Position numbers and translations under genes: made by a program
Source of the DNA: an uncultured Gemmatimonadales bacterium
GTDB lineage: Bacteria; Gemmatimonadota; Gemmatimonadetes; Gemmatimonadales; GWC2-71-9
Assembly: GCA_963730185.1 (NCBI GenBank)
Contig: CAVSQW010000015.1
Location: 384,001-448,000 of the forward strand
DNA length: 64,000 nucleotides
Direction: 5' to 3'
The notes under the pieces: model-generated
The model's input: only the letters and a program-made list of their open reading frames with translations
What the model was told of the DNA's origin: nothing
The model's database searches: none
Shown here: positions 1 to 8,858 of the stretch, in pieces
How the letters are laid out: each line of letters opens with the position of its first letter
Numbering within the stretch: position 1 is the stretch's first letter

Positions 1-22
1 ACGACCGCGCCACGGAGGAGAA

Positions 23-1300
23 GTGATCATGAGGACTCGCGCGTGGATTCTCAGAGCCGCCCTCGGCGCCGTGCTGACGGTGCCCGCCGCCGCTCAGCAG
101 CGGGCCGTTGCCATCCGGGGCGGCACCGTGCTGCCGGTGAGCGGGCCGGCCATTCCCAACGGGACGGTGGTAATGCAGGGCGGGAAGATCGTCGCGGTCG
201 GGGCCAACGTCCGGATTCCGGCCGGGGCCCAGATCGTCGAGGCCAAGGGCAAGTACGTCATGCCGGGCGTGATCGACGCCATGAGCGACATCGGCGTCGG
301 GCCGTCCGACATGAACGAATCGAGCAACCAGATGACGCCGGCCCTCCGGATCATCGACAGCTACAACCCCTACGGCGATTTCGGGTCGGGCGCGCCGGGC
401 CCGTTGCATAACGACGAGCTCCTGTCGGGTGGCGTCACCACCATGTACATCGCCCCGGCCGACGCCACGGTGCTGGGCGGGCAGGGCGCGGTCGTGAAAA
501 CGGCCGGGCCCGATCTCCAGGGCCTGATCGTTCGCGAGCCGGCGTCGATGGACCTGACCCTGGGCACGCCCCCGAAAGAGGCGGCCCGGGCCAAGAACAG
601 CGACCCGTACACCCGGATGGCCGAGATGGCCATGCTCCGGCAGCTGCTGATCAAGGGGCAGGAGTACCAACGGGCCAAGCAGGCCAATCCGAACCTGCCC
701 GAGGATCTCGGGATGGAGGCACTGGGCAAGCTTCTCCGCCGCGAGATTCCGGCTCGGATCCAGGCCAACCACCCGACCGACATCCGCTCGGCGATGCGCC
801 TGGCGGACGAGTTCCACCTCGATCTGGTCATCGACGGCGGGGCCGGGGCCGCGGAGCTGGTCGACGAGCTGGCGGCCCATCACGTCCCGGTGGTCCTCGG
901 CATGGTCTCCCACCCGTACGTCAGCAACGAGGAGATCCCCGATCGCGAGGACTATCCCAAGGAGATCGACGAGCGGCTCCCGGGCCAGCTGACCCGGGCC
1001 GGGATTCCCACCGCGATCGCCACCTTCTCGCGGGCCTTCGGTTCCCTGGCCCCGGCCGGCAGCGGGAAATGGCTGCTGATCGACGCGGCGATCGCCGGCG
1101 GGTACGGGATGACCGACGACCAGATCCTGAAGGCGGTCACCCTCGTCCCCGCCCAGATCCTCGGCGTGGCCGACCGGGTCGGGAGCCTCGAGGCCGGCAA
1201 GGACGCCGACGTGGTGATCCTCGACGGTCCGCCTCTCAGCGTGAAGACCTGGGTGCGGACGGTGTATGTTGGGGGGAACCAGGTGTATGAGAAGAAGTGA
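23..1300 (+). CDS. Secreted amidohydrolase-family protein (HxH metal motif absent)
   Basis: Signal-peptide-like N-terminus; GKYVMPGVID strand and C-terminal VGSLEAGKDADVVILDG typical of amidohydrolases; the usual DxHxH reads DAMSD. GGAGG at 14-18; start GTG 23 or ATG 29. Confidence 0.85.
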   Translation: MIMRTRAWILRAALGAVLTVPAAAQQRAVAIRGGTVLPVSGPAIPNGTVVMQGGKIVAVGANVRIPAGAQIVEAKGKYVMPGVIDAMSDIGVGPSDMNESSNQMTPALRIIDSYNPYGDFGSGAPGPLHNDELLSGGVTTMYIAPADATVLGGQGAVVKTAGPDLQGLIVREPASMDLTLGTPPKEAARAKNSDPYTRMAEMAMLRQLLIKGQEYQRAKQANPNLPEDLGMEALGKLLRREIPARIQANHPTDIRSAMRLADEFHLDLVIDGGAGAAELVDELAAHHVPVVLGMVSHPYVSNEEIPDREDYPKEIDERLPGQLTRAGIPTAIATFSRAFGSLAPAGSGKWLLIDAAIAGGYGMTDDQILKAVTLVPAQILGVADRVGSLEAGKDADVVILDGPPLSVKTWVRTVYVGGNQVYEKK

Positions 1301-1303
1301 GCC

Positions 1304-1374
1304 GGGGTAGGGAGTAGGGAGTTGGGAGTGGGGACTTGGGAGTGAGTAGGGAGTGGGGAGTAGGGAGTTAGGAG
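1304..1374 (+). repeat. G-rich heptamer tandem repeat (GGGAGT[A/T/G])n
   Basis: ggggtagggagtagggagttgggagtggggacttgggagtgagtagggagtggggagtagggagttaggag directly after the stop codon at 1300. Confidence 0.85.
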
Positions 1375-1474
1375 CGAGCTTGATCCGATCCTGGCGGAGA
1401 CGGGGAGGCGGGGCGGCGGCCGAGCGGCCGGCGCCGCGGCTTGGGTATTGGCTGCCCCGGCTCCGGACGGCGGC

Positions 1475-1512
1475 GCCGGATCCGCCCGCGGGCCGGGCGG
1501 GTCCGGCTTCTT
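1475..1512 (+). terminator. Terminator-like hairpin upstream of the MetE-like gene
   Basis: 14-bp stem 1475-1488/1494-1507 (one G-U) followed by TTCTT; the U-tract is weak. Confidence 0.45.
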
Positions 1513-1556
1513 CCGTGTTGGGTTCGATTCCTCCTTGATTCGGAGTCATTCGTCAT

Positions 1557-2651
1557 ATGCGTATTCACCGCGCCGACGTGATCGGCAGCATGCTCCGCCC
1601 TCCCACTCTCCTCGCCGCCCGCGAGCAGCACCGGGCCGGCAGCCTCGACGACCTCTCCTTCAAAGCGATCGAAGATCGCGCGGTCGACTACTGCATCGCG
1701 GTGCAGGAGCTGGCCGGCGTCGACGTCGTGACCGACGGCGAGATGCGCCGCAACGTGTTCGCCAGCCAGCTGGCCCAGTCGGTCGAGGGCTTCGATACGG
1801 TCCAGGGCAACTCGGTCGACTGGTTCACGATGGAGGGCAAGCTCGAGACCAGCCCGGTCACGGTGGGGCTGGTGAGCAAGATGAAGCGCCGCCGCCACCT
1901 CTCCTCCGAGGAGTTCGTCTACCTCCGGGCCAAGACCGGCCTGGCGACCAAGATGACCATCCCGAGCCCGACGATGTACGCGTACTACTGGGTCCCGGGA
2001 GTCAGCGAGGCCGCCTATCCGACCAACGACGCCTACCTGGCCGACGTCACCGACATCCTCCGCGACGAGGTCCGCGAGTTGGTCCGGCTCGGCTGCGATT
2101 ACATCCAGTTCGACGCGCCCGAGTTCGGCATGATCCTCGACCCCCACCAGCAGGAGTGGTTCGCCCGGAAGGGGTTCGATCCGGACGGGTTGGTGAAGGG
2201 CGGGGTCGACATGATGAACGCGATCATGGCCGGTTACGAGGACCGCTGTACCTTCGGGCTGCACGTCTGCCGGGGCAACGACGCCAACCGGTTCATGGCC
2301 AAGGGCAGCTATGCGGCGATCGCCGAGGACATCCTCGCCCGGACCCACTGTCAGGTGGTGCTGCTCGAGTACGACGACGAACGGAGCGGCGATTTCTCGC
2401 CGTTGGCCAAGACCGGCCCCGACAAGATCGTGTGCCTGGGCTTGGTCACGACCAAGCGGCCCCGGGAGGAGACGGAGGACGAGCTGGTGCGCCGGATCAA
2501 CGAGGCGGCCAAGTACGTGCCCCTCGAGCGGCTCACCCTCAGCACCCAGTGCGGCTTCGCCTCGGTGGCCAAGGGCAACAACATCCCGTTCGAGCTTCAG
2601 GAACGGAAGCTCAATCTGGTGGCCCGGGTCGCTCGGCGGGTCTGGGAGTGA
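1557..2651 (+). CDS. Cobalamin-independent methionine synthase II family (MetE C-terminal-barrel-only, YxjH-like) Zn thiol-alkylating enzyme
   Basis: RADVIGSMLRP, VVTDGEMRR, Zn ligands HVC(RGN), LEYD and TQCGFAS; 364 aa, a single barrel. Confidence 0.9.
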   Translation: MRIHRADVIGSMLRPPTLLAAREQHRAGSLDDLSFKAIEDRAVDYCIAVQELAGVDVVTDGEMRRNVFASQLAQSVEGFDTVQGNSVDWFTMEGKLETSPVTVGLVSKMKRRRHLSSEEFVYLRAKTGLATKMTIPSPTMYAYYWVPGVSEAAYPTNDAYLADVTDILRDEVRELVRLGCDYIQFDAPEFGMILDPHQQEWFARKGFDPDGLVKGGVDMMNAIMAGYEDRCTFGLHVCRGNDANRFMAKGSYAAIAEDILARTHCQVVLLEYDDERSGDFSPLAKTGPDKIVCLGLVTTKRPREETEDELVRRINEAAKYVPLERLTLSTQCGFASVAKGNNIPFELQERKLNLVARVARRVWE

Positions 2652-3862
2652 CGTCCCGGCTCCCCACGGGGCTGGGTCCGACGGCCGATCTGACGCTCTA
2701 CCAGCTGGGCGACGACCCCTACCCGGCGCTGGCGCGGTTGCGGGCACACGCTCCCGTTGCCTGGCTGGCCGAGACCGGGATGTGGCTCGTCACCCGGCGC
2801 GACGACGTCGTGCGGGTCCTCAGGGATCCCGCCACCTTCACGACCGACGATTCGCGCTCGCCGATCCAGGACATCTTTGGACGTCAGATGCTCTCGGTCG
2901 ACGGGGTGGAGCAGAAGCGGTACAAGGCGGCCTGCGCCCGGTCGTTCAGCAAGCGAACCGTCCGTGACGACCTTCACGGCCTGGTGGCCGCGAAGGTCGA
3001 CCGGCTGCTCTTTGCGATGGCCTGGCGAGGGCAGGCGGATCTCCGGCGGGCGCTGACCGGTCCACTGGCGGTGTTCGCCGTTGCCGCGGTGCTCGGAATC
3101 CCGCCCGAACTCGAACCCACCATCCTGGCCTGGTACGATCAGTTCGCTCGGGCTCTTGCCAACTTCACCGGCGACCCGGCGGCCCGCCTGGATGGGCTCG
3201 CGGCGGCCACCGAATTCCGGGCCGCGATGCGACCACTCCTCGCCCAGGCCCGAGCGGGCCGCTCGGTCGGGTTGCTGGGTACGATGGTCGGGGCGGACGC
3301 GGGGCTGGCGGACGAGGCCGTGCTGGCCAACGCGTTGATCGTGTTGTTCGGGGGGATCGAGACGACCGACGCCATGATGGCCAACGCCATTTGGGCCCTC
3401 TTGACCCATCCGGACCAGCTCAGGCTGGTCCGCGAGGATCCCAGCCTGATCCCGAACGCCATCGAGGAGAGCCTCCGATGGGAGCCGGCGGTGCAGAGCT
3501 GCACCCGCTACACCGCCGGCGCGGCGACGCTTGGCGAGGTCGCGCTCCAACCGGGCGAGGCGGTGCAGTGTATGCTGGGCGCCGCCAACCGCGATCCCGC
3601 CTACTTCGTCGAGCCCGATCGGTTCGACGTCAGGCGTCCGAATGCGGCGGAGCACCTCTCGTTCGGACTGGGGCATCACCTGTGTCTCGGAGCGCACTTG
3701 GCCCGTGAAGAGGGAACGGTGGCGGTCGCGGCGCTGCTGGAGCGGCTTCCCGGCCTCCGGTTGGATCCCGAATGGCCTGTCCGCCCGACCGGGTACGAGT
3801 TCCGGAAGCCGGCGGCGCTGCGGGTGCGATGGCAGGTCGAAGGAGGCCGCGCTGGTTCCTGA
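2648..3862 (+). CDS. Cytochrome P450
   Basis: I-helix FGGIETT, EESLR (ExxR), AANRDP, heme motif HLSFGLGHHLCLG; GTG start overlaps the upstream TGA (GTGA 2648-2651). The listed ORF 1448-3862 is over-extended. Confidence 0.93.
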   Translation: MTSRLPTGLGPTADLTLYQLGDDPYPALARLRAHAPVAWLAETGMWLVTRRDDVVRVLRDPATFTTDDSRSPIQDIFGRQMLSVDGVEQKRYKAACARSFSKRTVRDDLHGLVAAKVDRLLFAMAWRGQADLRRALTGPLAVFAVAAVLGIPPELEPTILAWYDQFARALANFTGDPAARLDGLAAATEFRAAMRPLLAQARAGRSVGLLGTMVGADAGLADEAVLANALIVLFGGIETTDAMMANAIWALLTHPDQLRLVREDPSLIPNAIEESLRWEPAVQSCTRYTAGAATLGEVALQPGEAVQCMLGAANRDPAYFVEPDRFDVRRPNAAEHLSFGLGHHLCLGAHLAREEGTVAVAALLERLPGLRLDPEWPVRPTGYEFRKPAALRVRWQVEGGRAGS

Positions 3863-3986
3863 GGTCAGGTTGTTGGGCCGAGAATCATGACGACCCGACA
3901 CGCTCTAACGTGTCATCGTGCAGCAGGTCTCCCCCTGCGATTTCGGCAACCCATGCTCCCGCATGCGATTACCGGACGGCTCGGGG

Positions 3987-4001
3987 TGGCGCAACGTTTG
4001 C
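3987..4001 (+). promoter_or_regulatory. Candidate sigma-54 -24/-12 promoter within a near-palindrome
   Basis: TGGCGC-AACGT-TTGC (GG-N10-GC) inside GTGGCGCAACGTTTGCCAC, about 280 bp upstream of the first susC. Confidence 0.4.
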
Positions 4002-4201
4002 CACTGTGGGGAGCAGACCGGGTGGCCGGCGGTGATGCCTTGGGGGGCAGTGGCGGGGCCCGGTGGCAGCTTGGGATGACGGCGTTCCGGCATGGAACGA
4101 ATTATCGCTGGTGAGTTGATCTGCGCTGATGGGCTACGTTGGGCCGAGTCGGGAGCGAGTGTCACCAGCCGGAGCGCAACGACGCTGCTTCGGGGGTCAA
4201 C

Positions 4202-4238
4202 ATTGTATCCAGAAATGTATTCCGAAGCGTATCCTAGC
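4202..4238 (+). promoter_or_regulatory. 12-bp-period direct repeats, putative operator of SusC/D pair 1
   Basis: TTGTATCCAGAA / ATGTATTCCGAA / GCGTATCCTAGC; ATTGTATCCAGAA recurs identically at 8799-8811. Confidence 0.65.
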
Positions 4239-4280
4239 GCTTCATGTCTTCCCACCTTCGTTTTGTTTGGAGGCTTGGTG

Positions 4281-7200
4281 ATGGTGCACTGGTTGGCACG
4301 AAGGCGCGGCTCCTCGAGCACTCTCCTCGGAGCGGCGCTGGCGATCGCCATGGGGGCTGGCAGCCCGGGGGTCGCGCACGCGCAGGCTGGCAGTGTCAGC
4401 GGGGTGGTGCTCGAGGCGCGCACCAATCGCCCCCTCTCGGAGGCGGTCGTCCGGGTGGACGGCACCTCGATCAGCGCCCGCTCGAACAATCGCGGGCAAT
4501 TCACACTTTCCGGCCTTTCCGGGGTCACGGTCAGCATCACGGTGACCCGGATCGGCTATCAGCCCCGGACCCAGCCGGTGAGCGTCGGGGCCACGGACGT
4601 CACCGTTCACCTGACCGAGTCGGCGCTCAAGCTGGACGAGCTGGTCGTCACGGGGCAGGCGGGCGAGACCCAGAAGCGGGCCCTGGGCAACGTGGTCGGG
4701 GTGCTCGACCTCGCCGCGACCCAGGAGGTCGCGCCCAGCAAGAACATCCAGGAGGCGCTCTCGGTGGCGGTGCCCGGGGTCCAGATCCAGCGGGCCAGCG
4801 GCCAGCTGGGGACCGGCGGCGTCACCCGGATTCGAGGGGTGAGCTCGCTCAGTCTGAGCTCGGAGCCGATCATCTTCATCGACGGGGTCCGGGCCGACAA
4901 CACGGCCGGCTCGAACAGCATCGGTTTCGCGGGCGGCGGCGACAAGCCGTCGCGGATCAACGATCTCGACCCCAACGACATCGCGTCGATCCAGGTGCTC
5001 AAGGGCCCCTCGGCGGCGACGCTGTACGGCACCGAGGCCTCCAACGGCGTCATCCAGATCATCACCAAGCGGGGAGCGGCCGGCCGGCCGACCTGGACCG
5101 TCGAGGGTCGGGCGGGCGCCAACTGGCTCCGCCATCCGGCCACTCTCTATCCCGGGGTGTACTACCGGGACGGCAACGGTGACATCCAGCATCTCAACCT
5201 GATCGAGAACGATCAGCGGCTGGGCTTCGGGTCGCCCTTCAGCACCGGTGTGCCGCTGGGTGGCACCGCCTCGGTTCAGGGTGGGACCGAGGCGATCCGC
5301 TACTTCTTCAGCGGGAGCTACGACCGGGACGAGGGGATCGTCGACTACAACTGGCAGAACAAGCTCAACGCCGTCGGCAACCTCTCCTATTCGGCCAGCG
5401 ACAAGGTCAAGATCGATCTCAACATCGGGTTTACCCGCGCCAAGACCCGGTCGGCCTCGGCCACGCAGCCGATGACCACCTATCTGGTCTGGGCGTGTCC
5501 CAACAGCTCGTGTCAGGACGGCAGCGGGCTGGGGCCGAACGACGCGGCCCGGGGCTGGTTGGCCGCGGTGCGCCCGGAGGACTTCAACGACATCGAGGGC
5601 TACGACAACGTCGACCGGAGCCGGGTGGGAATCACCTTCACCCACCGCCCGACCAGCTGGCTCAACCACCGGCTCACCGTCGGCGGCGACTTCACCGACG
5701 ACGCCTCGTCGAACTACTTCCCCCGCGGCAGCAACGTCGGCTTCGGATTCCCGCAGGGCGCCAAGTTCGTCCAGAACGACCGGTCGTCCTTCCTGACGTT
5801 CGACTACTCCGCCACGGCCTCGGTCAACGTCACCAGCAGCCTCAACGCGCAGACCTCCGGCGGCGTCCAGTACTACCGGAAGCAATTCACCCAGATCTCA
5901 GGGCAGGGCGAGGGCTTCCCGATCCGGGGCGTGAACACGGTGAGCGGCGGCGGGGTCCGGCAAGGATTCGAGGATCCGAACTTCAACCTCGAGAACAAGA
6001 CCCTGGGCGTGTACGTCCAGGAACAGCTCGGCTACAAGAACCGGTTCTTCCTGACCGGCGCGGTCCGGGGCGACGACAACAGCGCCTTCGGGGTCAACTA
6101 CAACTTCGTCGTCTATCCCAAGGTGAGTGCCTCGTGGGTGGTGTCCGACGAGCCGTTCTTCGGGAAGTCGTCGTTCCTCACCGCCCTCAAGCTTCGGGCG
6201 GCGTGGGGCAAGGCGGGCCAGCAGCCGAACGCCTTCGCGGCGGTCCGGACGTATGGGCCCTCGAGCGGCAACGGCGGGACGCCGACGGTGACGCCGCTCA
6301 ACGTCGGCAACCCGGACCTCAAGCCCGAGGTCACCCGGGAGATCGAGGCCGGCTTCGACGCCAGCCTGTTCAATGACCGGATGTCGGTCGAGGCGACCTA
6401 CTACGACAAGGTCACCCAGGACGGCATCCTGTCGCGGCTGATCTCGCCGTCGAGCGGCTTCCCCGGCAACCAGTTCATCAACATCGGCCAGTTCAGCAAC
6501 CGGGGATTCGAGTTCGCGGTGGACGGGTCGATCATCAACAACCGGAACCTTCGGGTGAACCTCCGCGGCACCCTGGCAACCAACCGGAACCGGATCGACG
6601 ATCTGGGGCAGGACTCCCCGATTCCGAACACCGGCATCGGCACCTCGACGGGCGCCTACAACAAGACCGGGTTCGCGATGGGGTCCTTCTTCTACAAGAA
6701 GGTCGTGAGCGCCGATCTGGTGTCGCCCGGCGTGGTCAGCAACGTGATGTGCGAGGGTGGGACCAACTTCGGCAAGGGCGACGGCAGCGTGGTGCCCTGC
6801 GCCTCGGCGCCGCTGATCTACTACGGCCAGCCCACGCCGACCTGGCTCTCGAGCTTCAGCGCCGACGTGACCTGGAAGCGCTTCCGCCTGGTCGCGGTGG
6901 CCGAGTTCCAGGGCGGGCACTGGATGGACGACGGCAACCTGGCCGCGTCGCACGTGTTCTTCAACAACTCGCTGGCCGCGGTCCAGCAGACCGATCCGAT
7001 CCTGGTGGCCTATCAGACCGTGGTGGCCGATCAGCTCTTCGCGACCGGTGCGATCAAGGCCGGGTTCGGCAAGCTGCGCAACGTGTCGCTCACCTACGAC
7101 TTCCCCCGGGGCCTGGCCGGCATGCTCGGCGGGAGTCGCGGCTCGCTCACGCTCACGGCGGCCAACCTCTTCACGCTCTGGCGGGCGCAGGACGGCACCT

Positions 7201-7349
7201 TCGGGGCCAAGGCTGTCGATCCGGAGGTCCGGATCAACGACCCGAACTTCTACGGCTACGCCAACGACTCGAACCTGACCAACGGGTACAATCAGGAGTC
7301 GTGGCCGCAGTTCACCCGGTTCCTCGCGACCGTTCGCCTCTCGTTCTAA
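4281..7349 (+). CDS. SusC/RagA-family TonB-dependent outer membrane transporter 1
   Basis: Signal peptide, N-terminal extension, LDELVVTG, plug motif DIASIQVLKGPSAATLYGTEASNGVIQIITKRG, GNPDLKPE, terminal F. GGAGG 4269-4273 supports a start at 4278/4281. Confidence 0.93.
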   Translation: MVHWLARRRGSSSTLLGAALAIAMGAGSPGVAHAQAGSVSGVVLEARTNRPLSEAVVRVDGTSISARSNNRGQFTLSGLSGVTVSITVTRIGYQPRTQPVSVGATDVTVHLTESALKLDELVVTGQAGETQKRALGNVVGVLDLAATQEVAPSKNIQEALSVAVPGVQIQRASGQLGTGGVTRIRGVSSLSLSSEPIIFIDGVRADNTAGSNSIGFAGGGDKPSRINDLDPNDIASIQVLKGPSAATLYGTEASNGVIQIITKRGAAGRPTWTVEGRAGANWLRHPATLYPGVYYRDGNGDIQHLNLIENDQRLGFGSPFSTGVPLGGTASVQGGTEAIRYFFSGSYDRDEGIVDYNWQNKLNAVGNLSYSASDKVKIDLNIGFTRAKTRSASATQPMTTYLVWACPNSSCQDGSGLGPNDAARGWLAAVRPEDFNDIEGYDNVDRSRVGITFTHRPTSWLNHRLTVGGDFTDDASSNYFPRGSNVGFGFPQGAKFVQNDRSSFLTFDYSATASVNVTSSLNAQTSGGVQYYRKQFTQISGQGEGFPIRGVNTVSGGGVRQGFEDPNFNLENKTLGVYVQEQLGYKNRFFLTGAVRGDDNSAFGVNYNFVVYPKVSASWVVSDEPFFGKSSFLTALKLRAAWGKAGQQPNAFAAVRTYGPSSGNGGTPTVTPLNVGNPDLKPEVTREIEAGFDASLFNDRMSVEATYYDKVTQDGILSRLISPSSGFPGNQFINIGQFSNRGFEFAVDGSIINNRNLRVNLRGTLATNRNRIDDLGQDSPIPNTGIGTSTGAYNKTGFAMGSFFYKKVVSADLVSPGVVSNVMCEGGTNFGKGDGSVVPCASAPLIYYGQPTPTWLSSFSADVTWKRFRLVAVAEFQGGHWMDDGNLAASHVFFNNSLAAVQQTDPILVAYQTVVADQLFATGAIKAGFGKLRNVSLTYDFPRGLAGMLGGSRGSLTLTAANLFTLWRAQDGTFGAKAVDPEVRINDPNFYGYANDSNLTNGYNQESWPQFTRFLATVRLSF

Positions 7350-7361
7350 CTCCAGGGGACC

Positions 7362-8657
7362 ATGGCAATGCGATTCAGCAACGAACGACCGTCTCGCCGT
7401 CCCGGCCGCCTGTTGGGCGGGCTCGGGGTGCTGGCCGCCCTGTTGGGGGCCACGGCGTGCAGCGGGATCCTCGACGTCCAGCTCCCGGGCCGGATTCCGA
7501 GCGATCTCCTCAACGATCCCACCACCGCACCGACCCTCGCGGCCAGCGTCGTGACCGACTTCGAGTGCGCCTACGGCAACTACGTGGCGTCCACCGCCAC
7601 CATCTCGGACCAGTTCCTCGGCGCGTCGGGCAACCTGACCGCGGAGAATTGGGGCACTCGTAAGGTGCCCGCCAACGACGTTTCCAACGAGCAGACGGGA
7701 TGTGGGGGCGTCTACGGCGCTTACACCCCGCTCCAGACGGCCCGGTACCAGGCCGACGACATCCTGCCCCGGCTCCAGGGATGGACCGACGCCGACGCGG
7801 GGGTTCCGCTGGCGCCGCTCGAGGCCAAAGTGGCGGCCTACGGCGCCTACGCCTACACCCTGCTGGGTGAGGGGTTCTGCGCGATGCGGTTCGACGAGTC
7901 CACCACCATTCTCACCCCGGCGGAAGTGCTCGCCATCGCCGAGCAGAAGTTCACCGACGCCTTGGCGCTGGCGGCTGCGCTCCCAGCGTCCGACGGCACC
8001 AAGAGCGACATCACCAACCTGATCCGGGTCGGCCGAGCCCGGGTCCGGCTCGACCTCGGCGACAAGACCGGGGCCGCCTCCGACGCCGCCCTCGTCTCAT
8101 CCACCTTCTCGATGGTCGTCACCCGGGGTTCGGATGCCGCCGCCCGGTGGAACGACGCCTGGTACGCGATGGCCGAGTTGGGGAACGCCTCGGTGGCGCC
8201 CCAGTATCGCGATCTGATGGTGGGCGGCGTGCCCGATCCACGGGTCCAGGTCTCGTTCGGACCCGACGTCGGGTTGGGCCCGCTGTCGTTCGACGGAGTG
8301 ACCCCGCTCTATGTGGTGACCAACAAGAACTTCTCCCGGGCCGACCCGATGCGGCTGGCCAGCTGGGTCGAAGCCAACCTGATCCAGGCCGAGGCGTTAG
8401 GCGGCCAGACGGCGGTGGATCTGATCAATGCCCGTCGCGATCAGCTCTCGCTGCCGCACTACACCGGAGCGACCGATGCCGCGTCGATCCAGGCCTTGGT
8501 TCTCGACGAGCGGAATCGGGAGTTCTTCATGGAGGGCGGGCAGCGCTTCAACGACCTGCTCCGCTACGCCATCCCGTGGAAGACGGGCAACGATCAGAAC
8601 GGGGTGCCCTACGGCACCACGACCTGTCTCCCGCTCCCCGCGAGCGAGCGACTCTGA
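7362..8657 (+). CDS. SusD/RagB-family lipoprotein 1
   Basis: Lipobox GATAC; LIQAEA...ERNREFFMEGGQRFNDLLR...PLPASE C-terminal SusD motifs; follows susC. Confidence 0.9.
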   Translation: MAMRFSNERPSRRPGRLLGGLGVLAALLGATACSGILDVQLPGRIPSDLLNDPTTAPTLAASVVTDFECAYGNYVASTATISDQFLGASGNLTAENWGTRKVPANDVSNEQTGCGGVYGAYTPLQTARYQADDILPRLQGWTDADAGVPLAPLEAKVAAYGAYAYTLLGEGFCAMRFDESTTILTPAEVLAIAEQKFTDALALAAALPASDGTKSDITNLIRVGRARVRLDLGDKTGAASDAALVSSTFSMVVTRGSDAAARWNDAWYAMAELGNASVAPQYRDLMVGGVPDPRVQVSFGPDVGLGPLSFDGVTPLYVVTNKNFSRADPMRLASWVEANLIQAEALGGQTAVDLINARRDQLSLPHYTGATDAASIQALVLDERNREFFMEGGQRFNDLLRYAIPWKTGNDQNGVPYGTTTCLPLPASERL

Positions 8658-8682
8658 TCGGAGGGAACGATCCAGGGGAATG

Positions 8683-8716
8683 CGAGGGGCCGAGCGATCG
8701 GCCCCTCGTTTCTTTT
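8683..8716 (+). terminator. Rho-independent terminator
   Basis: CGAGGGGCCGA-GCGA-TCGGCCCCTCG perfect 11-bp stem with a GNRA loop, then TTTCTTTT. Confidence 0.85.
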
Positions 8717-8783
8717 GGTTGGCCCGCCCTATGGGGTTGCGAGATGAAACGGGACCATCCTCTGGCCCCCCCTTGCGGAATCG

Positions 8784-8811
8784 AGAATTGTAGGCAGAAT
8801 TGTATCCAGAA
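8784..8811 (+). promoter_or_regulatory. 12-bp-period direct repeats, putative operator of SusC/D pair 2
   Basis: AGAA-TTGTAGGCAGAA-TTGTATCCAGAA, ending about 48 bp upstream of ATG 8859. Confidence 0.65.
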
Positions 8812-8858
8812 CCCCGAACGAAAATCTGCTGTTCTGTTACCCTCGCACGGAGGACGTC

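Noticed and set aside
1304..1374. Possible CRISPR array (also 22347-22545)
   Set aside because: Units are contiguous 7-mers without unique spacers; no cas genes.
1518..1535. GGTTCGATTCC resembling a tRNA T-arm or att remnant
   Set aside because: Only about 3 stem pairs, no cloverleaf or CCA, and no integrase nearby.
1448..3862. 804-aa P450 with a long N-terminal extension
   Set aside because: The extension is an off-frame reading of the MetE-like gene; the P450 starts at GTG 2648.
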